Shown here: in pieces, positions 1 through 9,861 of the stretch
Position numbering within the stretch: position 1 is the first letter of the stretch
Layout of the letters: each line of letters starts with the position of its first letter
From: a virus
Taxonomy: Duplodnaviria > Caudoviricetes
Direction: 5' to 3' (one strand)
Virus record (IMG/VR): IMGVR_UViG_3300014160_000348
Span: 1-36,955 of that record
DNA: 36,955 nucleotides
Program-made: the position numbers and the translations under genes
Notes under the pieces: generated by a model
The model's database searches: none
Seen by the model: only the letters and a program-made list of their open reading frames with translations
Told to the model about the DNA's origin: nothing

Positions 1-1251
1 ATGAAGGTCACGCTGAGCCGGGAGACGGTCAGGGGTAAGCCGCAATGGGTTGTCAGCCGCCGAGAGGGAGGCAAGCGGAAGCGAAGGTTTTTCGCAAGCA
101 AGGAACTTGCTCTTGCCGAGGTGGCGGACATTAAAGAGCGGCTCAAGCTCTACGGTGAGACCTGGACAAGTCTCCCCGCGCCTGACCGCGCCCGGCTCAT
201 AGACGCCTACGCTGCCGCAACCGAGAAGGGCCTCGACCTGGTCGCTCTCATCGAAAATGCCGAGAAGCCGGCGGTCATACCAGACGCCCCAGCGCTCACC
301 AAAGCGATAGAGGAAATGATTGCCGCTAAAGCCAAAGCCGGCCGCAGTGAGGACTACGTAAGCTCCCTCGATCAACTCCTGACTCAGTTCGCACGTGGTC
401 GGGAGGGTTCCACCATTGACGAGGTGGGCCTGGCCGACGTCGAGGCGTTCCTGGACAGCAAATGTATACAATCCCGGTCCACCATCCGCGCGCGCCTGTC
501 CACACTGTTCAAATTCGCGATCCGCCGCGGCTGGAGAGCGGACAACCCGTGCGCGCGGCTGGAGCCGATCACAGTCACGAAACCGCCGCCAATGGTCTTT
601 ACCGTCGAACAGTGCGAAAAATGCCTGGAATGGCTGCGTCTGAATCCGCGCGCCGGGGCCTGGTTTGTCCTGTCCGCTTGCTGCGGCTTGCGCCCTGAGG
701 AGGCCGAAAAGACCCGGCCCGAGGACATTCACCAGATGGAGGGGTGGATCAGGGTCGAGGCCCAGACAACCAAGGTGCGCCAGCGCCGGGTTGTGTATCC
801 ACGGCCCGAGGCAATGGCGCTCCTTGCCTTGGCTGTGAAGTCGGGGGCTGATCTACCGCTCGCCCCACAGCCCCGCCGGCGAACTATCCGGGAACTCCGG
901 AAGGTTGTTGGCTGGCTAAAATGGCCCAAGGACGTAACCCGCCACACGGCGGCATCCTACTGGCTCGCTGCCGGCGCCGGCGCCGCCGACCTGGCCGAGT
1001 CCCTCGGCCATTCAGAGATGGTGCTGCGGCGTCACTATAAAGCGCTGGTGACGCACGAGGAGGCTGCCCGCTTCTGGGCACTGGTTGAGTCCGCAGCCCG
1101 GCGCAAGCCCGCCACCAAGGGAGAGCGGCAAGCGGCCCGCAATGCTCGTTGCCGAGTCAATCGCTGGCCAGGGAAAGTTTCTGGAACTGTTCAAGCCGCG
1201 CCGCCCGTTCCGCCGCCGCCCGCTGGTAAGTGCGCTGCTCGGTCGGTGTGA
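1..1251 (+). CDS. int: Tyrosine recombinase/integrase
   Basis: N-terminal arm-binding-like segment (WVV..REGGKRKRRFF). Catalytic motifs GLRPEE (R), TTKV (K), KDVTRH (HxxR with D in place of H), LGHS and RRHY (Y). Confidence 0.95.
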   Translation: MKVTLSRETVRGKPQWVVSRREGGKRKRRFFASKELALAEVADIKERLKLYGETWTSLPAPDRARLIDAYAAATEKGLDLVALIENAEKPAVIPDAPALTKAIEEMIAAKAKAGRSEDYVSSLDQLLTQFARGREGSTIDEVGLADVEAFLDSKCIQSRSTIRARLSTLFKFAIRRGWRADNPCARLEPITVTKPPPMVFTVEQCEKCLEWLRLNPRAGAWFVLSACCGLRPEEAEKTRPEDIHQMEGWIRVEAQTTKVRQRRVVYPRPEAMALLALAVKSGADLPLAPQPRRRTIRELRKVVGWLKWPKDVTRHTAASYWLAAGAGAADLAESLGHSEMVLRRHYKALVTHEEAARFWALVESAARRKPATKGERQAARNARCRVNRWPGKVSGTVQAAPPVPPPPAGKCAARSV

Positions 1252-4200
1252 GGCTGTCGAAAAACTGCTGCTCCCGGCTTGGCTCGCCGTTTGGTCCCTC
1301 TTTGGCGCTCCCTGTGGCGCTATAGGACTTCGCGTAGCGCGCAGCGATAGACTGCGGCTTGTGCCCAGCCGCAACAAGGGCGTTGTAAGCGCTCTGTGCG
1401 GCGTCCAACTTTCCCGCATCGAGAAGGTTGTCCAATACCCGAAAGTCGCTCGCGGGGAGCTTTTCCGTGTCCCGGCGTTGCTGGTAAAGCCTGGCAGCCG
1501 GATCACTGCTGTTGCGGTTGAAGTCCGAGGCGCGCTCGTATGTCTGCGCTGAGGGGCTCTCTTTGCGACTCGACACGCCAAACGTCGCCGCCGCCACCTG
1601 TCCAAGGCCTGTCTGTCCTTTTGCCGCACCGCCAATAAACCCATCCACCGCCATCGGGGTCATCCACTCCGCCGTATCCTTGACTAGAATCTCCGCTGCA
1701 CGCAAGGCCGGGTTGTGCTCGCTGACCTTGCTCTGCCCTGTAAAAAGGTCGTCCCCTGTAACCATCTCGGTCAAGGTTTTCACTAGAGCCCCAAGCCGTC
1801 CGCTGATGAATGGAATCCCGTGCTGATTATAGCTACCGAGCCCGAGAAGGTCCCGCCCAAGGTTGGCCGCATCTGACACGATGAATCGCGCGTGATAGGC
1901 CCGGTTGCCAATGACCACAGAGTCCCAGTTGCGCGGTTCGAAGTGCGGATCGTTGTCGTCGCTGAAAATCGCGTTGGCCACACGGCAAAGCGCATACACC
2001 CCCGCCGCCTGGGCCAGCAGGAACACCCGTTGCTCCTGGTTGTAGGGCTTGAACGCCTGGGCGACCACCTTCGCGCGAGAGACCAAAAAGTCCGGGGCTA
2101 CAAAGGTAAGTCGCATCACGCCCAGCAGCCCTTTGTTTGCTCCCATCAGCCGCCAGTTCTGACCACCAAACGCCGCATCCATCTGGCGCCCGGTCAATTC
2201 CCCGATCTGCTCCGTGGTGACTTTGCCGGAGTACCGGGCAATGTTGCGTTCCAGGACCGCCAGGCCAACCTTCATTTTCAAACGCGGGATATACTCCTCA
2301 AAGGTGAAACGGTTCATCCTCACAACCGCGTCCCCCAGGCCGGGGATCATGCCCCAGATACCGTGCTGGCTCGATAGTCCGTCTTCAAACATCTCTCGCG
2401 CGCGTCCAAATCCCAAGACCATGTTGCGGCTCAAAAGGGCCTGTTTGGGATCGCTCAAGTCCAGGTTAAACCCGTGGACGCTTGGCGCAACGCCGTGAAA
2501 GCTCGCGTGCAGCGCCTCGGTGACCACGTGAAAAGGACCAACGAATTTGCTCGCCTTGAGAAAGCCGCTCGTTTTTAGCACCGCGGCGCCTACCCCCTCC
2601 GTCGTCCATCGAGGCGTTTCCAGTTCGTTCTTGAGCCACTTCACATAGTCGGGGTGCACAAGCATGTCCCCGCGCACGATGATCGGGTTTCCCTCCGCGT
2701 CGCGAAACCTCACAGCCCAGTCCCGCAGGGCCCAGTGGTCAACGCTCTGGTAGGGCCGCCCGTCCTTGGTCACCGCGTCTGGGGGGCGGGTGTTGCTGTC
2801 CACGAGAAATGCCGGATCCCCATCCCGCGTGACGCGGGACACGCTCCCACTCACCTTGACGATCGGTGTCCCGTCCGGAGCGCGCGCGTCCTGGAGCGCG
2901 CGTATCGCCCCACGGCTGGACAGGGCCTTGTGGAAGGCCGCATCATACTCATTGACCAGGTGCGCAATGTCCAGGTTCTGCGGCACGCCCTTGGACATGA
3001 TGCCGTCAAAGTATGTGGGCACTGTCCGTTCAAAGGAAAAAAAAGGGTCTCTCGGGTCGAGCTTTGCCGTGGGGTTCCCCGGCTTGCCGGCCGCCCCCTC
3101 GCCAAACGGATCCGACGACGGCCCGATCTCTGGAGCGTTCTTCCAGCGCTGCGGCACCCCATAGTCAGCCCGTCCCTTCTTGACAAGCCCGACGTTGAGC
3201 GCATCCTCCAGCTTGGCGGCAAAGTTCGCCTTGATCTGCATCGCCATCCGCTGTTCTCCCGGAGTCAACCTCAGCGCCGCATCCCATGTCGCCCGATATT
3301 TCTCGGGAACCTGCTGCCGCTGCGCCTCCAAAAGGCCGCGATCGCCGTTAGCCTCAAGCCAGATGCTCATGGCCTCGCGGCGAACCTTCGACGGGACGGC
3401 CTCCTGTAACGCTTTAACCCATTTATACCCCTCCACACCCGTCCGCTGGTCATAGGAGATCCAGTCCTTCATAACAGACCGGAAGTCGTCGTCGATCGGC
3501 GGATGCAAATAGCTCTCTCGCATCGCCGACCAGGCCGCGGCCGCCTTCAGCCACGCCTTGCCCGCCGCATCCTTCACGCCTTGCCACGCATCCGCGAATT
3601 TCCGCCCCAGCGCCAACCGGTCCGCGAAGGACAGCCGCGGCGAGTCGCTTTGGTGGGTGCGAAGATATTCCGTCATTTGGTCGAGTGTCCGGCCCGCGTT
3701 GGTGATGGCTGGCCCTTCCGACTTTGGCAACCGCCCGTCGGCCTGCATCTCGGAATACACCCGCGACACCAGCCGCCCCGGCATCTGGTCGATCTGCGAC
3801 CGCGCGTCCCCAATCTGCTGCGAGAGTTCGCGCACCCGCGCGTAATCTTCCGGGCTCAACCGTTCCTGGGCCTGCATCGTGTTGCCCAGTCCGTAGTCAT
3901 CCACTGGCGGCAATCCCTTCGATGCCAAGATCCGGTTTGCTTCCGCGGTAGCTGCATGGTGCTTGGCTAGCTGCTCCGCAACGTAATCCGGATGGCTAAG
4001 CAACTCCTCGCGCAGTTGACGGTACCGCGCACCCGCGAGGGCTGATGCCTGCCGATAGTCATCAATGGTCTGTCCCGGCTGCTTCCGCACTGCCGCGCGC
4101 GCAGCCTGGTCCGCCTCGGCCAACTCGCTCTTGATTTGGTCCGGTGTCCGTTCGCTGACTGCCTGTTTCATCAGCCAGTCCCGCGCCTCTCCCTCATTAA

Positions 4201-7060
4201 ACCCGTCCGGGTTGCGGTCTCGTAGCCAATCGATCCCTTTCTCGATGGCGTCCCCAAACCGCAAGCCGGCTCGCATAGCCGCACGCACCGCCATCAGCGT
4301 TCCGTGAGCAAAGGCCTGAGATAGCCAGATTGGCGCCCCTAGCACTCCCTCCCTCACAGAGCCCCCGCCAAGCGGGTGCGTAATCGGATTCGTGGCATCG
4401 ATCGCCCGGTCGAGCCAGCCGGCAAAACCGCCGGCGGTTCCGGGCTGCCCGCGCCGCATTTGGGCTTCCACGTAGCTTTCAGCGCCGGGATAAACAACAC
4501 TTGTGAGCCGTGCGAGATCAAGCCGTGCCTGGGCAATTTGCGAGCGCAGGTGTTCGAGGTGGAACACCGCGTTGATGTCCTGATCGGGGAGGGATTTGAG
4601 AGCTTTTAGGTTTAGCTCGCCTTGCGGCGTGCGCGGGACTTTCGCAAGGGCCTCGGCGGCGTGCGGTTGTACAATGCGCTCTTGTCCCTCAAGGGCTTCG
4701 ATCTGGGATTGAAGCCGCTCTCGTCTATAAGATAGCCATCGCTCGTTGACCGGAGCTTGCTCCCGTCCTTGAACTGTTGGGCCTTCATGCAAGGAGTCTG
4801 GTCCCTCGTGAAGCGCTTGTCCAGTCGGATTATCTCCGCCAGTTCCCGCCTCTCCGGGCGGCGCCAGCCTCGTCCTGTTATTCCCCTCCGGCGTTCTACC
4901 AGTCACTGTCGGCTCATTGCTATGCGCGAGGCTTCCCTTGTCCACTGTCAACTCGGTGCCGCCGGGGACTTCCTGCGTCCCGTACTTTGCGCCATCATCC
5001 AAGGTCAGGCGGGAAACCCGTCCGTCGTCGTCAAACTCCATTGCCCGCACCTTGAGCGGCGTGCCACGGATGGTGATTGAGTCGCCCACCTGCAGATCAT
5101 CGCTCAGGATCGGGTTTTGGTTTCGGCCTGGCCGGCTAACGTCTCGGGCAAAGGCTGATTCCTGGTTTATTAGCTGCCTCTCACGGGCTGCCTTCTGCCG
5201 GTCACCGATCCGCCCCTGCGCCGCGCGGTTAACAGCATCCCCAAACTCTTCAACCTTGGCTGGGTCTCCGCCATAATCGCCCGATCGATACAGAGAATCC
5301 GCCGCCACATCCGCACGCACTCCGCCTTTCCTGAAGAGCTTTCTGGCCGCTCCGGTAGGCTTCCAGTATGGGTCACGCTCCTTAATCAGTGTCGGGTCAA
5401 TTCCGCGCGAAAACGCCCCCTGCGCGGCGTCGATGAGATCCGGGAGGCGGTTGCTTTGCCGTGTACGTGAAGCAGCCGCGCTGCGTGCTGGAGTCTCACC
5501 AGCATCCGCCGGGATTGTCCCCGCGGGGGGAGGAACGCCTTTTTGCGTTGGGGTAAGGCCTGGCGGGGTCTCCGCTCCAGCCTCAGTGCCCCCGGTGACA
5601 GTTTCGGGCGCGGCCGTCTCCTGTATCCCACTCGCAGCGGGTTTTGTCAAGTTCGCTACTCCCTGTGCTGCGGGCTGAGGGTCTGCGGCCTGCTCCTCTG
5701 AGATCTCCGCAGCAGGCAGTAAAGTGCCGCCAGGTTGCTCCTGGCCGCTCCCGCCGGCGTCCCCAGTCTCACCAGGGCCAGCGGCGGGTTGGTCAGTTCC
5801 CTGGTGCTCAGCCTCCTCACGTATCCTGGCCAGCGCCGTCTCCACGAGGTCAATTCGCCCATCTGGCGTTCTGATTACAGCCTGAGACGGCAATGGAGTA
5901 AGCTCAGCCTCGGTTGGCCCGGCGGGCGCGGTTGGAGTTTCGCCCCCTTCGCTTCCTTCTGCTGAGCTTTCCGGAGACGTTTCTGGTGCCACTTGGTTGC
6001 GCGTAAGCGTGTCTTGCAGTTCCCTGACGGCCGCCGCCAAGTCGTCCACCTTGGCCGCTATGGGCCTGGGGGACGCGCTTCCGGCTGGAGCGGCAGCGCC
6101 CAGGGCGTCCAGCACCCCGCTATCACGCAGGACCGCGCGCCGGAGATCTGCACCTGATCCCTCAGCCCCTTCTATAAGTGCTCGCGGAGGCTTGGGGCTG
6201 GCTGCGTTTCCTGTGCCAATCGCCCCAGGTCGGATATCCCCGCTCGCCTGCAACTCCCTTAGCGCCTCCTCAGTCTGCCCGCGCACTTCCGCCTGGCCGA
6301 CGGCTTCCGGGCTGATCTCTGCCCGCGCACCCTGCAAAACGTGAGGTCCGACCAACATGGCAGCCGTTGCGATCGCGTTATTGATCCGGTCCCGTTTGTC
6401 CTCATCAGTCCCGCTCCCTTGCGCCAGGTCGAGCACCTGTTGCGGCAGTGAAGTGGCCATGTCAGCCGCCACCAAAGGGGCTGTAGGCGGGAACATCGAG
6501 GCCGCGAACGTGACCGCCCCCTGTGGGGACGACCACTGTTCAGCCATCCGGCCAAGGTCGGTTGCCTCTGGATGGACAGGATTCCGAGGGGCAGTCCAAA
6601 GGGGCTTGTTGGGTTGGAGCGGATCCCGATCAGCAACCTCTTCAGGGGTCATCGTCCGTGCTTCCCCCTTGTCGGTGTCGATGACGAAAGGTTGCTGCTT
6701 GGCGGAGTCCGGCAGGTACGTTTCAGGGTTCAGAACGTCGCGGAGAGTTTTTGCCCCTTCGGTGGCGACGTAGCCCGCACCGCGCAGCAGTAGCCCGGGC
6801 GTGAGCATGTGCGCCCAGGCTTCCTGCATGTGCTCCGCGTATCCGGGCGTCCCTGGAGTGTACCCGCCATAGGGGCCGAGGTCAGGCGGTGGCGGGAATG
6901 GCCTCAGATCCAGCCGGATCTGATCCCGGTCTGGAATAAAGCCAAGGTCCGAGCCAGGTGTGGCGCTGGATGCGTCCGGAACAAACCCCAGGTCCGCACC
7001 TGGCGCATTGGTCGTAACGCTCCCATCCGGAACAAACCCGATATCGGCGGCGGCAGCCAT
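1157..7060 (-). CDS. Large (1967 aa) internal virion/DNA ejection protein
   Basis: Last gene of the structural run. Three N-terminal D(I/L)GF(V/I)PD repeats, a low-complexity Pro/Ala/Glu middle and a helical C-terminal half. Position and size match large podovirus ejection proteins. Confidence 0.7.
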   Translation of the reverse strand: MAAAADIGFVPDGSVTTNAPGADLGFVPDASSATPGSDLGFIPDRDQIRLDLRPFPPPPDLGPYGGYTPGTPGYAEHMQEAWAHMLTPGLLLRGAGYVATEGAKTLRDVLNPETYLPDSAKQQPFVIDTDKGEARTMTPEEVADRDPLQPNKPLWTAPRNPVHPEATDLGRMAEQWSSPQGAVTFAASMFPPTAPLVAADMATSLPQQVLDLAQGSGTDEDKRDRINNAIATAAMLVGPHVLQGARAEISPEAVGQAEVRGQTEEALRELQASGDIRPGAIGTGNAASPKPPRALIEGAEGSGADLRRAVLRDSGVLDALGAAAPAGSASPRPIAAKVDDLAAAVRELQDTLTRNQVAPETSPESSAEGSEGGETPTAPAGPTEAELTPLPSQAVIRTPDGRIDLVETALARIREEAEHQGTDQPAAGPGETGDAGGSGQEQPGGTLLPAAEISEEQAADPQPAAQGVANLTKPAASGIQETAAPETVTGGTEAGAETPPGLTPTQKGVPPPAGTIPADAGETPARSAAASRTRQSNRLPDLIDAAQGAFSRGIDPTLIKERDPYWKPTGAARKLFRKGGVRADVAADSLYRSGDYGGDPAKVEEFGDAVNRAAQGRIGDRQKAARERQLINQESAFARDVSRPGRNQNPILSDDLQVGDSITIRGTPLKVRAMEFDDDGRVSRLTLDDGAKYGTQEVPGGTELTVDKGSLAHSNEPTVTGRTPEGNNRTRLAPPGEAGTGGDNPTGQALHEGPDSLHEGPTVQGREQAPVNERWLSYRRERLQSQIEALEGQERIVQPHAAEALAKVPRTPQGELNLKALKSLPDQDINAVFHLEHLRSQIAQARLDLARLTSVVYPGAESYVEAQMRRGQPGTAGGFAGWLDRAIDATNPITHPLGGGSVREGVLGAPIWLSQAFAHGTLMAVRAAMRAGLRFGDAIEKGIDWLRDRNPDGFNEGEARDWLMKQAVSERTPDQIKSELAEADQAARAAVRKQPGQTIDDYRQASALAGARYRQLREELLSHPDYVAEQLAKHHAATAEANRILASKGLPPVDDYGLGNTMQAQERLSPEDYARVRELSQQIGDARSQIDQMPGRLVSRVYSEMQADGRLPKSEGPAITNAGRTLDQMTEYLRTHQSDSPRLSFADRLALGRKFADAWQGVKDAAGKAWLKAAAAWSAMRESYLHPPIDDDFRSVMKDWISYDQRTGVEGYKWVKALQEAVPSKVRREAMSIWLEANGDRGLLEAQRQQVPEKYRATWDAALRLTPGEQRMAMQIKANFAAKLEDALNVGLVKKGRADYGVPQRWKNAPEIGPSSDPFGEGAAGKPGNPTAKLDPRDPFFSFERTVPTYFDGIMSKGVPQNLDIAHLVNEYDAAFHKALSSRGAIRALQDARAPDGTPIVKVSGSVSRVTRDGDPAFLVDSNTRPPDAVTKDGRPYQSVDHWALRDWAVRFRDAEGNPIIVRGDMLVHPDYVKWLKNELETPRWTTEGVGAAVLKTSGFLKASKFVGPFHVVTEALHASFHGVAPSVHGFNLDLSDPKQALLSRNMVLGFGRAREMFEDGLSSQHGIWGMIPGLGDAVVRMNRFTFEEYIPRLKMKVGLAVLERNIARYSGKVTTEQIGELTGRQMDAAFGGQNWRLMGANKGLLGVMRLTFVAPDFLVSRAKVVAQAFKPYNQEQRVFLLAQAAGVYALCRVANAIFSDDNDPHFEPRNWDSVVIGNRAYHARFIVSDAANLGRDLLGLGSYNQHGIPFISGRLGALVKTLTEMVTGDDLFTGQSKVSEHNPALRAAEILVKDTAEWMTPMAVDGFIGGAAKGQTGLGQVAAATFGVSSRKESPSAQTYERASDFNRNSSDPAARLYQQRRDTEKLPASDFRVLDNLLDAGKLDAAQSAYNALVAAGHKPQSIAARYAKSYSATGSAKEGPNGEPSREQQFFDSLTPTEQRTYQRAAAERAARLEQFQKLSLASD

Positions 7061-7063
7061 AGC

Positions 7064-8161
7064 CTACTGCCCTATCACTTGGTAGCCCTGCTGGAGCGCT
7101 GCCGGCAGGCTGTTGGCTGGGATAAGGCCGGTTTGCCCATTGGGATGCTGAACCCGGACCATGCCTTGGGGCGCAGCCGTTGCAGCTGCGGCTGGTAACG
7201 CCGGCTGGCCCGTCGGTATGCCGTTCGCATTCAAGGCTGCAGTTCCCAGGCTGGGAATAGTCGGCGGGAGGTTTGTCGAATCTCCCGAGCCTGGTGCCAG
7301 CGATAGCGGCTTCAACCCCTGGAGATACGCACCAAGAGTTCCCGGGGGCGGTGTGAATGGCGCAGCCGTGGCGCCCGCATCTGCTGCCGGCTGGCTGGAG
7401 CCGCCACCCCCCGCCGCGGCGGGTTGCTGATAGGTGGTATGCCGCCCGGTAATCCGCCCCTTGGCATCACGGTCAAACGTGACGTCCTCGCCGGGTTTTG
7501 GAGCCCACTGGCCAAGCTTCAAAAGGTGTGCCTTTTCGAGGGCCGCGTTGGTGAGGTGTTGTTGTTGCTCTGCGGGATCCTCAGAGTCATCCGCTGCTTG
7601 GAGTTCGGAGTTGTAACGCGCCATGCTCTGGGAGAAGTCCCCTGCCGCCGCTCCGCCGCGGGCGTACTGCGGATCGTAGACGTTTACGCCGTGGTTCGCC
7701 TGCATGTCCGAGGCGAACTTGTTAGCCGAGTCCTGATCCTCGAAGCTAAACTGGGCGCCCCCGACGTTGAACTGCGCCGCAAATGCCCGTTTCCCGGAGA
7801 CCTTCAGTTCCTGGCCGTCATGCGCGTCAGAGTACGCATCCTGCATCTTCTGCAACTGCTCCGGTGTGCCGGTAAACGTCATATTCGTGCCAGTCTCCGG
7901 CTCTGTGATGTCGGCCTGCACCTTGGGCGCGTTAATGGCGGCGTTGCGGTCGGTCTCGCTCTGCTCCATCCGCTGGTTGTGCTGCGCCTGGTTTTGCTCG
8001 ATCTGTTTGTAGTGCTCAAGTTGTGCCTGCCTGAACGCCTGATCGATGGCGTTGCGCTGCTGCCGTTCCTGCATGCTTTCATCCAGCGCGCGGTTGCGGT
8101 AAATGGTGTCCGCCAGGCTCCGCAAGGAGTCCTGGAGCATTTGTGCTGAGGCGATGTTCAT
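7064..8161 (-). CDS. Putative ejection/internal virion protein
   Basis: Gln-rich coiled N-terminus and a C-terminal VRVQHPNGQTGLIP..AL..GY motif. Tightly packed among the ejection genes. Confidence 0.6.
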   Translation of the reverse strand: MNIASAQMLQDSLRSLADTIYRNRALDESMQERQQRNAIDQAFRQAQLEHYKQIEQNQAQHNQRMEQSETDRNAAINAPKVQADITEPETGTNMTFTGTPEQLQKMQDAYSDAHDGQELKVSGKRAFAAQFNVGGAQFSFEDQDSANKFASDMQANHGVNVYDPQYARGGAAAGDFSQSMARYNSELQAADDSEDPAEQQQHLTNAALEKAHLLKLGQWAPKPGEDVTFDRDAKGRITGRHTTYQQPAAAGGGGSSQPAADAGATAAPFTPPPGTLGAYLQGLKPLSLAPGSGDSTNLPPTIPSLGTAALNANGIPTGQPALPAAAATAAPQGMVRVQHPNGQTGLIPANSLPAALQQGYQVIGQ

Positions 8162-8164
8162 ACG

Positions 8165-9403
8165 TTATCCGGGGTTAGGGGCTAAAGGCTTCCAACCAAG
8201 GTTTGCGGCGGCTCCCCCCACGCCAATGAGCGAGGACAGGCCAGTCATCCACGGGTTAGCCTGGCTTGCCTGGTAGTTGCTCTGGCTCAGCCAGTCTTGC
8301 ATGGCCGGCCCTTGCGCCTGCATCGCGTCGCTCGGCATCGTCGGCAGGGGGGCTCCGGTCTTTACCGGAGTCGGTCCGCTCTGCGCGCCGCTCAGGCTTG
8401 AAAACTCGCTTTCGGGGGTCTTCCCATTCACCTCCGCGCTCAGGTTGGCAAGGTTCTGCTGCTCTCGCCGGTAGGAGATATCCTCCGGAGAGGATCCGCT
8501 GGCGAGCAGGCCGGTCGCCGACTGGGCGGCGTTGGCCTGGCGCTGCTCGCCCGCAAAGCCGGTCGTGAGAGGTTGCGCGAACGTGTCCGTCCCGTTGGTC
8601 GGCCCGCTGCCGCGATCGCCCAGCGCCGATGACACAGCCGCATCAAGTCGGGCTCGGTCCATGGCTGTGAGGCTGTCGTTATTGGCCGCGTTGAGTGTGT
8701 CCTGGACCTGAGAATTGAGCATATCCGCCACTGGCTCATTGAGCGGGCGGTTAATCTGCTCCTGGATAAGATTGGACTCCTCACCACGCGCGGCCACGCT
8801 CTGCGGATCGGCTTGCTGCTCTTCGCTCAGCGCCTGGGCGATAAACTGCGGGTCATACTTTTGAGAAAGCGCAAGCTGGTTGAGGGCATTCTGGGTGGCA
8901 ATCTTCCCCTGCACATCGGCGGTACCGTAGCCTGAGAAATTGGCCACCGCCTGGCTGGCCGGCACAACCTGCCCCTTCGAATTGAGATAGACCGTATTTC
9001 CGGACGCCGGGATGGCCGCAAGCTGCGCCTGCAAAGAGGCAAGCTGCGCCTGGTCGCCCGCCAACTGCCGCTGCCCGTAATTGGCCTCCTGGCCGCCACT
9101 CGATCCCCCCTTCGCTCCAGCGATCCGCTGCTGCAACGTCGCAATCTGCTGGTTTAACTTGTTCCGCTCCTGTATGGCCGTGTCGCTCTGCGTGTAGCCG
9201 TAGTTGAGAGCCGATCCACCTTCCTCGGATGCGGCCTGCAGCGCGCGCTGTTCGGGCAGGATTGAGGCCTCGAAGTCGGATAACTGCTTCGACGAAGACC
9301 CCAGGTTAGGCTCATTGGGCTGTCCAACGCCGGCAGCGGACATGCCAACACTCGTTGCTGTGAGTGCGAGCCCCGCCGAAACTCCGATAATTGCCATGCT
9401 CAT
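8165..9403 (-). CDS. Putative ejection protein, paralog of 9858-10877
   Basis: Gly/Ala hydrophobic N-terminus, Q/A/N-rich. Shares SPEDxxYRR..QQ, EFxSLSGAQ and QANPWxTGLSSL with 9858-10877. Confidence 0.65.
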   Translation of the reverse strand: MSMAIIGVSAGLALTATSVGMSAAGVGQPNEPNLGSSSKQLSDFEASILPEQRALQAASEEGGSALNYGYTQSDTAIQERNKLNQQIATLQQRIAGAKGGSSGGQEANYGQRQLAGDQAQLASLQAQLAAIPASGNTVYLNSKGQVVPASQAVANFSGYGTADVQGKIATQNALNQLALSQKYDPQFIAQALSEEQQADPQSVAARGEESNLIQEQINRPLNEPVADMLNSQVQDTLNAANNDSLTAMDRARLDAAVSSALGDRGSGPTNGTDTFAQPLTTGFAGEQRQANAAQSATGLLASGSSPEDISYRREQQNLANLSAEVNGKTPESEFSSLSGAQSGPTPVKTGAPLPTMPSDAMQAQGPAMQDWLSQSNYQASQANPWMTGLSSLIGVGGAAANLGWKPLAPNPG

Positions 9404-9861
9404 ACCCGTGCCTCCTGTGGTAGCTGCTTGAGAAAACTGAACATTTCCGGGGACAACTGCGGCGCGTTGCTCACGTCATGGGCCTCTGTAAGCTCGGCAA
9501 CGATCCTGTCCGGGTCCGTACCCGGCGGCCAGTCGCCCGGGTGAAACGTCGTCCAGACCGTATCCTCGAACATGAACAAGATCCGCCGCGTGCCGGGAGT
9601 CGTGATCCCGATGTGCCCGGACCGGACGTGCTGCACGCCGTTGGCCTCGTCCCAGACCAAGCAATGACCTTCAGTGACGACGAAGGGATGTGTAGTCTTG
9701 TGGATTCGGCTGATGACGAGCGCCCCTTTTGGCATGAGAATAGTTCGAGCGTAGAGCCCTGGCGTAAAGCGGTGCGTCAGAGGCATCTCAAGCTGAGGAA
9801 GCTTGCCCAGAGCCTTCTCGAGGGCGTCAACCTTCACAGTTGGAGCGACGATAGCTTTCAC
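9400..9861 (-). CDS. Cupin-fold protein
   Basis: HRFTPGLYARTILMPKG...IHKTTH...WTTFH fits a cupin beta-barrel with His ligands. 4-nt overlaps with both neighbours. Confidence 0.65.
   Translation of the reverse strand: MKAIVAPTVKVDALEKALGKLPQLEMPLTHRFTPGLYARTILMPKGALVISRIHKTTHPFVVTEGHCLVWDEANGVQHVRSGHIGITTPGTRRILFMFEDTVWTTFHPGDWPPGTDPDRIVAELTEAHDVSNAPQLSPEMFSFLKQLPQEARV

Noticed and set aside
1157-7060. Giant ORF as a tape measure, polymorphic toxin or virion RNA polymerase
   Set aside because: No tail tube or sheath genes, and no toxin or polymerase catalytic motif recognised; an ejection protein fits the context better.
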